The position numbers were made by a program, and so were the translations under genes. Below, piece by piece: positions 1 to 15,100 of a stretch of 64,000 bases of DNA. The DNA lies in contig NW_020846178.1 of NCBI RefSeq assembly GCF_003704095.1, positions 310,001 through 374,000 of the forward strand, given 5' to 3'. The notes under the pieces are model-generated. The model did not search any database. It saw only the letters and a program-made list of their open reading frames with translations, and had not been told where the DNA came from. The number at the start of each line of letters is the position of its first letter. Position 1 is the stretch's first letter. The DNA is from Pocillopora damicornis. Lineage: Eukaryota.

Positions 1-102
1 AGTTCCGCGCAAGTAAAATAAACAAATCAACAATGTGACTTTTTTATTTCATACAATCTGAGCTGTTTTTATACTTCACCTTTATTCTGTTTTGTTTCAT
101 AG

Positions 103-3100
103 GGGCTTCTTTATGCTGATTTTATGAAAGAAAAAGAGAATTGGGAGGAGGAGAAGAAAGCGATCGAAGAAGATAAGGCCTCAACTGAACTTGCCAGAGA
201 ACACGATAAAATCAGGCTCATGGAATTCGAGGTACTATTTCCGCTAAATTCTGCTATTCTTCCCTACGTAGAAGATAAAAAAGTTCTTTTTATATTTATA
301 GATATACCAAATGTAAGGATTTAACCCCAAATTCGACATGTCGCTGATTGCTTTACATTTGTCATATTCAATGAACAAGGGAGCTTATAATCTATTGAAT
401 ATTTTTGCCCGCGCGCGATTGGTCTAAACGCATGACGCGACTGAGCATCCCCTAGCTAAAACTGAGGGATATCCGAGGATACACCCCAAAAGATAATCCC
501 CAGTTTTCAATCATTACGTCCGAAAACTCTGCGCCTAAAATTTAATTCAAGATGAGAAAGTGTTGTATTGTTGTTACTGAAGGAACATGTTTTTTTGTTC
601 ATTTAATCGAGCCAGGCAACATTGAAAAGAACACGGTTAGCTGTTCGTAAACATTTTTCCCGCGTGTTGATAATAACACAGTGGCTTCTTTTTGGTGCGA
701 GATTATGCTCAATTTTCCCGTGCGTTGATAATAACACAATGGCCTCCTTTTGGTGCGAGATTATGCTCGTTTATTGCCCATCTATTAGATTTTGCGCGAT
801 TCCATCGGCTCCTTTTCGTCACGTGGTGCAAAATTACCGGGCAGTTATTACGCAGTAACCCGCGTTTGCGTCGATATTTGTCCAGCGAATATTTCCGTCG
901 TAAATAAAGAAAGCCAGCGGAAAAAAGCCAGTTCAAAAGTTGCACTGTTTCATCGTTTTTAGTTTACATGTAAGAAAAACGAACTCGATTTTTAGAGTCC
1001 AGTGATAGTAACATTCTTAAATCTGTTCTTAAATACTGCACCGGAAAGTACAAAAAAGTCCATAAAATAAGCTGTCAACTAGCCGATACAAAAATTAATG
1101 AGGGGGGGGGGGGTTTAAAACAAATGAACACCCTTCTGGCGGCTGGCATGTCGGCTCATATGTCCTTGGCTGAGAGATTGTCTTAAAATTTTCTCCTTTT
1201 TCCCTCGAAGCTTCGCCTCTCGGCCTTATATTCATTTTATTTTTTCGGAAAATATCTTGGCCGCGGACATGATTATTAGCCGACATATCAGCCGCCAGAA
1301 GGGGTTTATTTTCTAAATATTTGTCCTTGGAATTGATCTGTTCCTCCAAGCTCAGAGTTCGCTCGAACTGTTCGCATCCCGTAAAAGATCATGTCCGGAG
1401 ACAAATATCCATTCATATTTTCGCGCTTAATGGGGGCTGCTGCTTAGATATACTTAGATATACGCGTGGGACGCGTAAGACGAAGTATGATGACTCCAGG
1501 CGTTTTGAGCCTCGCTACTCGATGGTGTTCTTAGCCAGATGGTTTTCACCACAGCGTACAAATTAATATATTCAGAATTGCGGGCGCTACTTGAAGGTAT
1601 CTGAAATCAAACCTGAGATTGCAGGTTTGACTAATGGGTAAAGAGACTGGAAGCAGGCCCCTATCCTCTGGGAATAGGAGCTTGGTAAGTCACCAGGAAA
1701 CCGGGTCAGATTAGGTGGTGTGGGTGCTGAGTCGAGTTCATTGATTCGTTCAAATGACATTCTTGGTTGAAGACATACGTTTTTTTACAGTTTTTGTTTT
1801 CATTTCTTTAATTTATTGTGTGAATTTATGGAGAAGTTCGATATTTTGGACTTTCCTTTCCGCAGAGATTACTCGATACCCTGGAAAAAGACGAGGACAA
1901 GCAGAAAAAGAGACTTGGAGAAATGACAAGAAAGGTTACAGTTTTGAGAGTGAACGAGAAGTCGCTCAGCAGGAGATACACGGCCATGCAAGAGGTGGAA
2001 GCTGCACTCAGGAAAGAAAACAAGAGATACAAAAATGATGTTGTTGCCATGGAGACCGCAATTACCGAGAGACTGGGTTACCTTCAAAGACACAAAGTAC
2101 GAAATGCTCAGGGTTTTGTTTCTTTTTGTCTTTAACCTTCATCCTCCTCAATTTTCAACACTATATTTTGTTCGTTTGTTATAGTAGAAGAATTTAGAGT
2201 GGCGTGGCATGTAGTCTTGTGCATGAAGTTTGAACAACGCATCTTTATTACTTTGAAACCTGACAATATTGACTTAGTATTTTCAATCACTTTCATACTT
2301 TGTTGAACTCACTTATATTTAAGGAAATGTCCACGTACAAGATTGGAGTATTACAGCAAGCTTTAGATGAGAGTGTTCTTGCAACAGAACTAGAAGCAGC
2401 CAACAAACAGTATAACGAACTCACGGCCAAGTATCGCGACGTTATACAAAGGGAAAACAGCCTCGTGGCACGATCAGCCATAGTCGACAATCTAGAGGTA
2501 TGAAGTGCTTTTAGCAATTTATTGAGCGTTAAGCCTGCTTTTCTTGTCTAGCTGGTTCCTTTCGATCTTGTCATAGCTTTGATCTATCAGAGTAATGAAG
2601 TAATTGTCTCCGTGTGGTTATTACTAATGATGCGTGGTTAAATTTATCAGTTTCTCCTCTTAGTGTGGTTGGCTACTCCACAATAAGCTGCGTTTTAAAA
2701 TTGATACATGTACCTCTTGCTTGCGAAACTTCCGTTCTCGCTGAAAACAAAAGACCCATACTGTAGTGGACATTGTATGGCTTGATCTTGCCCATCAGAC
2801 CTACTTGTTTTATGATGTAGAAAGCCTCCTGAATACTTTGTTCATATCACTGCAAGTTACTAAGGATTTTTTTTTCCTTCAGGCCGACTTGAAGGCTTTG
2901 GAAGAAAGAGAAGCTGATCTGAAGAGGGAGATGACCTCACTGAAGGAAAGAAACCACAGTTTAGAGCAGATGGTGAATGAACTGCTATCGAAAGGTGACA
3001 AAGATTAGCGCTGTCGATTTGTAGCTCCTATCTTAACGAAATCGTAGGGGTGATAAAAACTCGCTCTTTCCATAGTAAAAGAAAACAATAACCTCTTTCC

Positions 3101-6100
3101 TCAATTAGATACGAATTCCACTGATACCTGCCGAAAATCATTTGTTTCATTGGCCTTCTGTCAGTCACTGCGGCGTTTAATGTTTCTCTTTGACTCTTGT
3201 GGTAGGTGAAACAAATTTCACCTGAGAAAAATGAAACATTTTGCTTTTTCAGAGGGTGGAGAGGGTGGAGGAGACACCAGCATTGTGCGGCAGGAAGAGA
3301 TAGACAGGATATCAAGAAAACTCGCCACGTTAGAAATGAAGGTATATCGTGATACATACAGGCTGTGTTTAGCTGTGTTTTGGTAACCCAACCTATCCCT
3401 TTGTGTGGTGCACGATAACTGATGAAGCACCCAGAAAAGTGTAGATCACGGTGATGTTGATGTTGATATATGATTCAACTAAACCTTAACTTTACCAGGA
3501 ACTGAATGAGAGAGAGCGTGCCGACCATGCCACGAGGAAATATGAACAAGTTCAGTCTCTTATCAAGCAACTAGAGGAAAGGAATGTAGAGTTGGAACAA
3601 AAATTTGCAGAGGTCAGTGTGTACTGAATTGTCTCATTCCTAGATATTTCATAACGCCATCTCGGAATTTAATTTCTGATGACGACGAGTTCTCTCTTTT
3701 TTACAGATCAGCAAGTTGAATCTTGAATCTCAGAGAGTTGAGCGGCAGCTTAGGGACGAAATATCCAGTAATTATTCACCTTATGTCTTTCATAAAGGTT
3801 AACTTAAGACATGTAGACGTCTCTCTGATTGTAGAAGTCACACAGCTTGTGACCTTGTGACTCAGTTCGTAGTTACGCCCAACTGCTATCTAGGAGGTTC
3901 AAGGTCAACCCTCTTCGAAGTCTGATGGCACCGCGGTTCCCAACATAGACAAAAGTACATTTGCGGGACTAATGACGCCATTAACCTTAATTTCCGCTCA
4001 TACAAAGTCGTCACCCGACATTTCACACCATTCACCGTTACCAAATAACATTCCCCGTCACTAGACAGCATTTTAAATTAAGTGGTTGTATTTTCGCTTA
4101 GACTCTGTCACACAGGATACTCATGTGGCTGTCACGCGTCGTGTCCAGTCTCTGGAGGAGTCCGAATCTAAGCTAAAGGTGGAAGTGTCACGATTGAAGG
4201 AGGTGGCGGAAGTGGCTTCGCATCAAACCGAAGCCATCAAAGCGCAGCAGGAGTCACAGGACAGAGAGCTGACATCTCTCAGGAAGCAACTTTACGACAT
4301 GCAGATGGAGAGTGATGACAAGACCATTATAGGTATAAATATTTGATGTAAATTTAAAACCATTTTGGGACTAACTAAAATATTAACTTTGCGACTTGGT
4401 TAGTAACATGGAGGGTAACACGACATGTCTTCTTTGATCCATGAAAGCAATCACCTGTACATTTTTAATGAGAATTGTTAATCTTTAACTACAGTATTAG
4501 CGGATAAGAAAGTAAAGCAGAGGGCCGATTTGATCCTAAACTAAAAATACGTCTTAAAAAATTATTTTTTTGGACGTTCCATCAATATTAAAAGGATATG
4601 TTTGACGATCTTCAGGTAAACTGCACCACCATATCGTGGCCCTTCAGGTGAGTGAAGGTACAGCCGTGAGGAAACTGGAAGCTGCTATGCAGAAGCTGTC
4701 CAGACAGGAAGCTCATGTGTTACGGCTCGAGCGGAAAATCGATGAAAAAGACCAGGCTTTGTATCACGCTAAGACGGAGGCCAGGAACAAGGCAAAGTTC
4801 CTTAAGAGAACCATTCAAGATCTGAGGAGGCAGTACAGCGGAGCTCTGCCACTGATGAAACAGGTAATTAAGCACATTTACGTCAATATAACAACACGTT
4901 GACCTACCCCGGAACGGATAAAGATCTGTTTTCGCCCACCTGTTTTTCTCTGAAACCATTTGCGCTGTATAGGCTTATCATTTTTTGACGCATGTAAAAA
5001 AAGGGATCTGGTCAGTTTGGAAAATAGACATTGAAAATATTGAAAATGATGATGGGAACTGGTGCTCCTCCCTTTAACCAAGATTAATGTTCAAAGTATT
5101 GAAAGAGGAGTTGAAACATATCTTACAGGTTGTCGTTTCTCGTCAGATTAAATGTACAATTTGAACTGCTTAACCTCCACTCCAATTTGCTCTCTGTTCA
5201 GGAAAAGTTTGCCGAGACTATGCGTTCGTTACACGAAGACAAGCACAAGCTTGAAGGAGAGCTTAAGAAAGCTAGAACCGACAGAGAAGCAGCTGAAGAC
5301 AAGCTTTCTGAGCTTCAGCTTCAACACGATGGGTTACAGGAACTGATGGGTACGTTAAAGGATGGCAAAGGGGCAGCTAAAGTCACTGAATGGCACGCAA
5401 AGATGGGCGAAATACGACTGCAGGACCTTAAACTGAACCGTGCTATTACCAGGTTGCAGGAAGAGGTATTAGAAATGGAAGCTTTGTTTGCAATTTCCGT
5501 TTGATGAAATATATATGTTTGCACAGTTTTGTAGTGTAGAACAGTAAAGCATTTTTGAGTGTCAGCAAAGGAGTTAATTACGATGTTAGGTTTTCTAACC
5601 GGCAAACTGTGCTCGTTTCGGAAGTAAACTTTCAGATATAACGGAGACCTCTGGATGCTATTTCGTTGGGCGCTATTAGGTTTGACGGTTGGTCACTCAC
5701 ATACAAAAACTGTAGAGAACTGAGTTCTCCCTCAAATCAGTCTTCCTTAGTTCATTTCTAGATTACAATCATGCGTTTTCTTGCTTTACTTCAGTTGAAA
5801 CACCTGGAAAATATGACAAAAGTTCAGGAACGCACCATCTCGGATCTGGAAGATGAAAATGTCCAGCTTGCCAAAGAGCACGAAGAGAGGCAGTTGCTAT
5901 GGGAACAGAGGGAGGTGGAGCTTGAGCGCACGATTGACAAGCTAGAAAAACAACAGGAACAACTAGCAGACGCAGCTGCTAAGTTTGAGGAGGCTACTGG
6001 CTCGATACCAGACCCTGATCTTCCAGTAGCAAATCAGCTTGAATTGGCGATTAGAAATATAAAGGAGCACATAAGGATTATTGTAGGAACGAGAGAGGAA

Positions 6101-9100
6101 AGCAGAGCTCTTAAAAAGGTAACAATACTTAAAAAAAGGAACAGGAAACCAGAAAATAAGGGATTATGGAGAGGAGAATGTGCAAAACTGTGGAAAGCGT
6201 TAAGTAGATCAGCCGAATAAGGTGTTTTTTTTTTATTGCTTTTGGATATGTATATTCTGTTGGTATATAAAGCTGTCTATTGCATGTCTATTTGTATATT
6301 GTCGTCACACGTCAAATTGAAAAACAACAATGCTTCATCGCAGAAATACGAAGAGCTGGATCAAGCTTTCAAGCAGTCAGAAGAAAGGCTGACCCAGAAA
6401 GATAAGGTAGTTTGATTAGTTAATTCAGGAATAAAATAACCTCATGAACTAACTGTTTACGACTGATTTCTTATTAAAGTATCAGCCCAAAGATTACCAT
6501 TCAATTTTGTGTACACGAATTCATTCAGAGGAAGAAAACCGGTTAAGTATATTGAAAATATGAATTCGGTTTGAATAGAACAGTTTTAGAACTTTTCATC
6601 ATTGATTTTTTTTTATTTTGTTTGTTTGTTTTTTTTTTTTTCAAGAGGACAATGAATAGGGTACAATTACTGCAACTAATTACACTTCATCTTCATTTTA
6701 TGTTTTTTAATGAAATAAATATTACGGCGTCAGGCTTCTTTTCTGTAGTTGCTTTTAAATTGAAACTCAACTGCGAGAATCATTGCTTTTCTTTATTATA
6801 ATGTGCAGGTCAAATAAATTTATTTCAGTAAAAATTATGATCAAATTCCTCCTTGGGAAAGAAAAACCCTCTAAAATGCATCCTGTTCTCAACTTGTGGC
6901 TTCGCAGCTCGGTGGTTAGTTTCGTCCAACTAGTATCCAGGAGGCACGAGTTCGAATCTCATCAAAGCCTGAATTTTTTCACGCTTCTTGTCTGCAATTA
7001 GTTAAATTGTTGCTCACCTGCGAGAATAATTTCTTTACTTTCTTTTCATTTTCTTGTAGCTGATAAACGAGCTGCGCCTCCGTCTCCCTCTGTCAGAGCG
7101 CGGGGAGATCACAGCAGAAGCCAAGAAAGCTGCTGGATTAGTAGAAGAGGACTATGAATCAAAACGAGCCCTGAAAGTGGCGCAGGCAACTGTCTCCAGT
7201 CTGCAAGTACGTTCTTTTTATTAAAATTGTGTGTTGATTCAGTCTCAGTAAAATCAAAGTCAAGGTAATCACGACTTCCAATCAGATCATGGGGAGTTAT
7301 GTCAAGGAGCCTATGAGAACTCAGACCTTTTAAATACCTGTAGTGCTCTGAAAAACACGAGTGACCAAGTCGCGGTTGGTGTAATTTCTAGATCAGATTG
7401 GATTAGAAAGTCGCGCACGTTTATCAACATAGCATAAACCGAATCTACTGCTCACGTAGGCTTCTTATCGAGGCAAAATAACGCATGCCGCTGGTCTAAA
7501 TATTTATTTATTAGTTTTCCACACCACGATAAAAATTAATAAGGACGCATGATAATTTAAGTAAGATATAACGATGTGTATGGCGAGGAAACCTAAGTGA
7601 GACCACGAGGCTCATACAACGTTTTGGTTCAAAGAGAATACTGTCTCAAATGTGAATTGTCACTGGTGNNNNNNNNNNNNNNNNNNNNNNNNNNNNNNNN
7701 NNNNNNNNNNNNNNNNNNNNNNNNNNNNNNNNNNNNNNNNNNNNNNNNNNNNNNNNNNNNNNNNNNNNTTGTTTGTTTGTTTGTTTAACATACAGGAGGC
7801 CAAGACTCAAAACGAACAACACAAAGCAGAAATTCAGCTCCTACAAGACAGGTTACATCTGGAGACGGACGAGACATTTAGAAGGAAGAAGACTTTCCAC
7901 ATGGTCAGTTTTTAACAGAGTTATTTGGATTATGGAAAGTTTGTCTTGATAGTAAACGCGAGATTTAGTATCAAAGTTATTACATATTAGTGCATTGTGT
8001 TTACAGAATAACAAAGTTATAAGATTGAAACTTTTTAAAATGATAAACTACAGAGCAGTACTGCACGAAAATGGTAAAAACTTGTTTTAATCACTTATGC
8101 GTTTTGTCTGACAATAGCAGACTTCGTTTTAATAAGTGGGGAAAATAAGCTTACTTATATACCATGGTAAATACGATGTCTATTGCCGACCTTTAAACAT
8201 AATGTGAAGGAAACAGAAAGTATCCGTATTGTGTGACAAAGGTGCTGAATAAGCGTGACATTTTTCGGACGGTACATGTAGTAAATCTGTGACCTCCAAA
8301 CTGGCTTTTCGACATCCCCAGTGGAATTCATCATTACAGTGAAGCGAAGAGTTATTTGTCTATGGAATGTTGTGGTCAAATTAATAATTCTACCTTAATG
8401 GTATTAGCTCTATATTGATTTTGATTAGTAAATTTCGATCCGTCAGTAAAGTCAATTAGTTCAGTTTGGTCACTTGGTAGTGTCAATGACATGGATAAGT
8501 CGCTGTTGGAGCACTGATTACTGTTTACATCTGTTCAGATGAGTCTTTTCTAAGTTACTCCTTCAGTTACTTCATCGTAGAGCTTTGATAACTCAGTTTC
8601 CACCCTCAACAGTGTTAACACTACACATAGAGTGTTGGAACTACCCCTCGTCCTCAACTGACGAATTCACCATTCTTATACCTCTTCCTCTCATTTCTTC
8701 CTTTTTCTCCCAGGATTCCGTGAATGACGATGGTCCTCCAGTTCCTTCTCACAAACAGGTTTGTGTGGTTACCGTCTGCTAATGGTATTTATCTTCATCA
8801 AATTAAATAAAAAGTCTAGCGGCCGATGGGAGTTGGAATTAACACCGAACCAATGATGTAAACTCTGACATTAGACAGACAATCTCAGATGTTTTTGCTT
8901 TCGACGAAACGGATGCGACGTGATTTTTACCAGCACTGATTATCTCCATACGTTACAAATTTATACTTATTACATTATATATTTCATTAATAGCTGGCAC
9001 GTTTGTCAGAGTTGGAGGAAATGGTGACAGAACAGGACAATGCCTTGGCCGTGGCGGCAGAGAAGTACAAGAAATCACGAAATGAGATCAGCAAAATGAA

Positions 9101-12100
9101 AAAGGATCATGAAGAGGAAGTAAACAGTCTCAAACAGCAGATGGCCAGGTAAAACACTAACATACATGTCAATTCAAGTACATGTTCCTTCTCGAACATG
9201 TGTCTAAGTTTACGGTCAGTTATTTCATTTATTGTTCGAGTTATTTTCACTCATAACAGCTACACCTTCAGTCTCCTTATTTCGTACTTGGCACTCCTGA
9301 AGCCACCAAGATGGCCAGGCTCTAATTGCTTTTTTCATAAGATCCAACCCGTGTGATGAAAGGGACAAAATTCGTATTCTTCACTAAATATACATGAACT
9401 GTCCCGTTTTTGTTTTTGTTTTTTTTACCAGGAAAAACGAGGATCATTCAAAAGAAATTACGAGACTTAACAACGAGAAACTAGAACGAGATGACAGAAT
9501 AATGGAACAGAGTAAGGAGGTTAGTCTTGAAGCTACTTACCTAGCGAATCATTTGCCTAGGATTACTTCCTAACTCTTAAATCACCAGGCTTTTAAATAC
9601 TGCTATCTTCATTTCCATAATCATTGCGCAGAAGCATTACACATCGACATATCTATCCTAACAGTATGTAGGAAGTTTGTCACCATGGACTGAATTAAAT
9701 GGCCTGGCCTACCACGAGTCTCCTGTAGCTCAGAGGTAGAGCAACCGAAGTAATAATCGGAAGGTCGAATGCTATTGGGAACACTCGGATTTCTTTTTTC
9801 CGAGTATGTTCTTTGCACTATTTGTTGATTTTATCATTTTACGCGTAGATCGAGGTACTTAAGGATGAACTTGAGTTAGCAAAGGAAGCCTCCCAGCGTG
9901 CTCCTAGTAAAACCATGAAACATTTGGTGGAGAGACTTAGGAACCAGTTGGCATTGAAGGAAAAACAACAGAAGGTATTTATGCCGCCCTCATGATGCCC
10001 AATTGAATTCCATATCCTTTGCTTTTTCTTCATTGTCATATACGTGTTCTTTCCGTCCTGTTCCAACTTTTCATTTTTTATCTTGGTACAACAAACAAAT
10101 CTGGTTCCTGTATGTAAAGCTTTCACAGATACACAGGTGTATATGTACTTACACAGAACTCATCACCGTGGCCGCAAATAAGTAAATATATCGACCTCCC
10201 CGCCTTTTCACTCAGTATACTTGATACTCTTTTATTTTACCGCTTGGTTCCCTGTTTAAATTATATTCACAACTACTGTTCGTTTACTTTTCCTTTCGTT
10301 CGAGTTTTCTGATACACCCTCTCTCGTAAGAACAATATATATATAATATATTCTTTATGCTTCCGTGCACTGACATGTGATAATGATCTTATTTTAAGTC
10401 CTTGAGTCAAGCTCTCCTGCAGCTCAGAGCTGACATGGTTACGACTGCAGAGGAAAATGTTCAGGTGAAGTAATTCCCATTAAATGTCTTCTTTCCTGTT
10501 TAGCGTAGTTTATGTAGGCTCTTGGTTAGAAGAGACGAGCGAAATAGCGCGCAGTCGACGCTTGACTGAAACTACAGCGTCAGACTGTCCCGCCATTTTT
10601 CGCTTGCTCGCATTTTTCGCTTGCTCGCATTTTTCGCATGTCACCGCTGACTAAGAGGCTGGCACAGACTGAAAAGTAAATGACTGTGGAATGTGGTAAT
10701 TATCAAGACTATGTATTTCTCGCCAAGGACTCATAGCCCTTTTCTCTTAACAGCAATATAGTATGCAGTTTTGTTTTTTTTTTTTTACCATTTTAATTTT
10801 GTTTTCGTTTGGCTTAAGTCCGAAAAAAGGGGATGTTTCATTGTTAAACATTTCAAATTAATGATGCTGATGTCGAAAATACAAAATTCCTCAAGTAAAA
10901 CTTTAGCTGCCGTCTTGGTCGATATGTTTGTCAGTGCAAGTCATTTGCACAAACCACAGACTATTCCACGTCCTTTTACCGGATACATATTTCACTTTTT
11001 TCTTTCTTCAGGCTCACGCTAAAAAGGCTGAGCAACAGGCCAATGTACAACATATTGTGGAGAAAGAAACTGCTGGTCTTCAGGTATGCTGTACAGACTG
11101 AATTTCTTTTTTTATAAAATATTATACGGTGCAATAATTTCATGGAAAAATACATCGATTAATCGTAAAATCTTCCTATGATGATTTTAAGGCACGTCTC
11201 GAAGAGCTCCAAGAGAGAATGGAAAAACTCAAGAAAGAGCTAAGGAAACAAAAGGAGAAGGAATCGAACTTTTTAGGGGAAAGGGACAAACTGAAGCAGG
11301 TATAAACAGAATTTCAGCGTGTTTCTCTCCCTAAATAGCTCTTACAGTTGAGGGTCAATGTCGTCTTGTGTTACTTTTTGTTATTGTTGGCAATTAGTTA
11401 TGTGGGGAGTGTTTGCCTTGCTCATTGATTAACCAACCAACCGAATGACTGACTGGCTGACTTATTTTTTGGCTCTTGGTTAATGAGAACATGTAAAGGT
11501 CGCGTTTGGAACGTTAATAGACTAAACAACTTGAATGGATTTCCCCAAGCCACTGCCGACCTCACCGCTTTATGAGAGAACTTTCCCTGAAACGTTATCA
11601 GTGGGGAAATGAAAACAGTTCAATTGGTTAATCTATAACGCGCTTAAATTTGAATTTATGTGCAACTGAAAATTACTCGGCCGTAGCCTCTGAGGAATAT
11701 GTCTGGTTTGTATGCAAATTGAGAGTCTGTTTTTGTAGTGTACAAATATTAATGTGTCCTAAATTTAGACATTTCTGTTCTGACCTTAAAATATTGCAGT
11801 TAGGTAAGTTAACGGAGTAATGGGGTCCTCAAGAACCGCACCGTTTGATAGATCATTTGTGCTGAAATGCGTTAGGCGCTTGTGGTAGGTTTTTTAGACA
11901 GCAAAATGTTTTTCAGGTTTCGCAAACAATGCTACAGTAGAATACCGCTAACTTGAACTCGGTTAACTCGAACTCCTCGGTAAATTGAACAAAATCCGAT
12001 TTCCCTTGACCCATTTTTTCCGTCATTTACTATCAGCTTACTCGAACCCCCGCTAACTCAAACCGGGAATCGACTCTATAGAATTCGAGTTAGCGGGGTT

Positions 12101-15100
12101 CTACTGTCGTTTTAAAATTGTCACTATACTATCACCCATAAACAACAGTTTTGATGTATTGGATATTGTATTTTTAAGTACATTCTGGATGCCTAATCTA
12201 ATTGCCCTCATTTAGGAACTTTCAAAAAAGGACTCTGCGCTGTTAAAGCTTGGGCGTGAACTGAAGGAGTTAGAGACTGTGCAAGAACAGTTGGAGAAAA
12301 AAGAGGAAGAATTGAGAACTGAGAGGAACACGGTCAGTGGCGACGATAGCTCTTAAAATACTTTGGTAGTAAATTGTAGCACCTTTCGTCACTTTTTTTA
12401 CCTTGCCAGCAGGAATATTGCATTTACAGATTTTCATGGGGAATCGCAAGAGTTGAAAGCTTAAGTTTTATTCTAAAGGTACGTTTTTCCTTCCATAGCT
12501 TGCTCAGGAACGAGCTGAATGTGAAAAACTACGAGAGAGAGTGAAAAGCCTTCAAGAGAAAATAAAGCAGTTCAAACAGAAGAGCTCTGAGGACTCTGAA
12601 GGGGGAGCTGGTGACGATAAACCGATTGTTGAGGAAGTGATTAAGGAAGATAGGGTGAGAACGCAAGGATTGTTTGTTTGAAGCTTCCTCTAAGTTGCAC
12701 TCCAAATTAAAACTCCTCTCACTACTAGTAGACTATTAGCTACTTCGTCAATATGCCGCTACTAAAAACTTTTTTATTTTTGTTTTCATTTTGAGATTGT
12801 TCTGTAGAGCTGGGATTAACTTGAGATAGTGTAAATTATAATACTGTTTCGGGAGTCTTTGATCAAGTTACCCCGATGTATTGCATGTTGTTTGCTCATT
12901 CTTATACGGTTTTGTTGCTTAGTGTAAAGCTTCACCCGTTTCGGTTACTGTTCGATCTCTACCATCTGGCAGATAGTGGAGATCTCAGGCTTGATTTAAA
13001 ATGTCTTGCGTTTGACGTATAAGCAAAGAGCTTACTATCCATGGGTAGAACATCAATGCTAGGACCATTCTTGTTTACTCTTAATCGGCATGTGTTTCAG
13101 GCGGCAGTGGTCTCTGAAGGAGTTGCGCGATGGGAGGACAACAAGAAGTGGCAACAAAAAGTAGAAACACTTAAGGGAAAACTGGCGGAGAAAACACGAG
13201 AGCTGGAAAAAGCCGAAAAGACCATCGGTATGTTACGAGACGCAGTAAGCAGGGCTGAGAAGGACAAAGCAGGACTTCACAGTAGATTGAAAAGGTATGT
13301 CATGGTCCGTTGATATTTCATTTCTTCTAAACTGATATTGTACGCGCTCATTACTTATATTCATTGCAGTTCTGCCAAGTCTTCAACAGGTGGACAAGCT
13401 CTTGTCACTAACGAAGTTGTTCAGGATCTTAGACAGAATATTTTTAAGCTGGAAGAAGAGGTATCGTTCTTTTTTACATATTGTAATGACGATCAAATAC
13501 ACAGTTAAATGGTCCTACATGAATTAATTTCATATTTCCTGAAGTGTAAATACCATAAATGGGCAAAAGTCGTTGTTGAGTATGATTTCATTTCTGTTGT
13601 AAAAGGACCTGGAATCTCGTCACTTTATTTACCCATTTGTACGTATCTATGAGCGTTCAGCTAAGTTGTGAAAGACGCAGGGCTAAAGCACATTGGTGAA
13701 ATTTTACTTCTATTCATCATTCGCTAATGCTCTCACTCACACATGCACTAACTCGTTCATTTTCTGTCTTTCATTCTTTCCTTCCTCTATTCATTCATTC
13801 ATTTAGTCATTCATTCAGTGATTAATTCGTTCATTTATTTACTCAGTTCTCTGTTTACCTACTTATTTATTTCACAGAATCAGGAATTGAGACGTCAGAA
13901 AGTTCTGGGTCATGACAAACAAATGGAAGCACTTGAGCTTCGAAACAAACAACTAGTGGAGCATATTGAAGATTTAGAGAGAGACCTTGCTGGCAGAATG
14001 GCTGAGCGGGTAATTATAATTATTAGATAAGATGTATCATGATAAACCTAACTTCCTATATTCTAACCCAACGATGGTGATTTCATGTTTCCATCTAAAA
14101 TATCGTTACAATTAGGTAAACCGTAGAACTGAGCTAATTGTAGTTAAGGCCTACAATAACAAAAAATGCAGTTAAGGAAATGAATGCAGTTTTGTCGTTC
14201 TTCGCTTAGTCGCTCTTCTCTTAGATATACCCATGGGTGGGTTGTAGACTCGTGGGCTGCACGATATCCATCACGCCTGCTTAACGTGGCGCTCGTTAGA
14301 CCTCTTTCCTTTTAAGCTCTTAACAGCCAATTAACTTTATGCCTTTATTTTTCCTAACGACAGCGTACAGTGGATCATGCTGATGCTGATATGTATCGTG
14401 ACATGTATCAGAGAAATCAGTCTCTTCAAAAACAGCTCTTAGAGGCAAAAGAGGTTAGTTAAGGATTATGATATCACACACAACAGTTTTAAAAAGGCTT
14501 TAGGAGAAATGTAAAAATTGCTTTGATGACATATAATATGTACCCGGCCAGAACTCATAAACACAGTAACATTCCTTTGCAGGAAAATATGGAATTAAGA
14601 TTCGAGTATGAACAAGCTCGAAAGGAAAACCCTCGACTTAAGGTATCTAAATAGATATTTCGCTGTATAAATGTATGCTAACAGAGCTGGAAATTACAGT
14701 CGATCTTTGGAAATTGCCCGACCAAATTTTGAATATGTCCGGCCAATTGCACACTGTGATGGACACGATCTTCGAATATTTCATCAACACACTTTGACTT
14801 CTTCCCTTGAAGTTCTTGTTCATCCATCAAAGTTCTTCAAATAAATTGTTTGACCTATATTTAAAAAGTACTTAATGAAAGTGTCTTTCATTTCTTGTCC
14901 GATTTTAGACATTCAAATCGTATTTATCTACGATCTTTTTTTGTCAAGGCTCGTGTAGAAGATTTACAAGAGTATGTGGAAATTTTGAAAGCAGAACTTG
15001 AAGCAAGCAAAAAGAGGGAGAAAGCTCGCAAGGTAAAAAGTGTATTCTAACAAATCAAACGGCTACAGTAGAAGATAACAGCTTATTACTCCAGCAATGG

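Noticed and set aside
622-1566. Several overlapping 70-85 aa ORFs
   Set aside because: They lie in a repeat inside a CEP290 intron, translate duplicated or inverted DNA, and show no protein motifs.
6893-6970. tRNA gene
   Set aside because: A/B-box remnants are present but there is no acceptor stem or cloverleaf, and it is fused to a repeated body; it is a SINE.
9722-9790. tRNA gene
   Set aside because: Only a D-arm-like half survives; the T-arm/B box is decayed.
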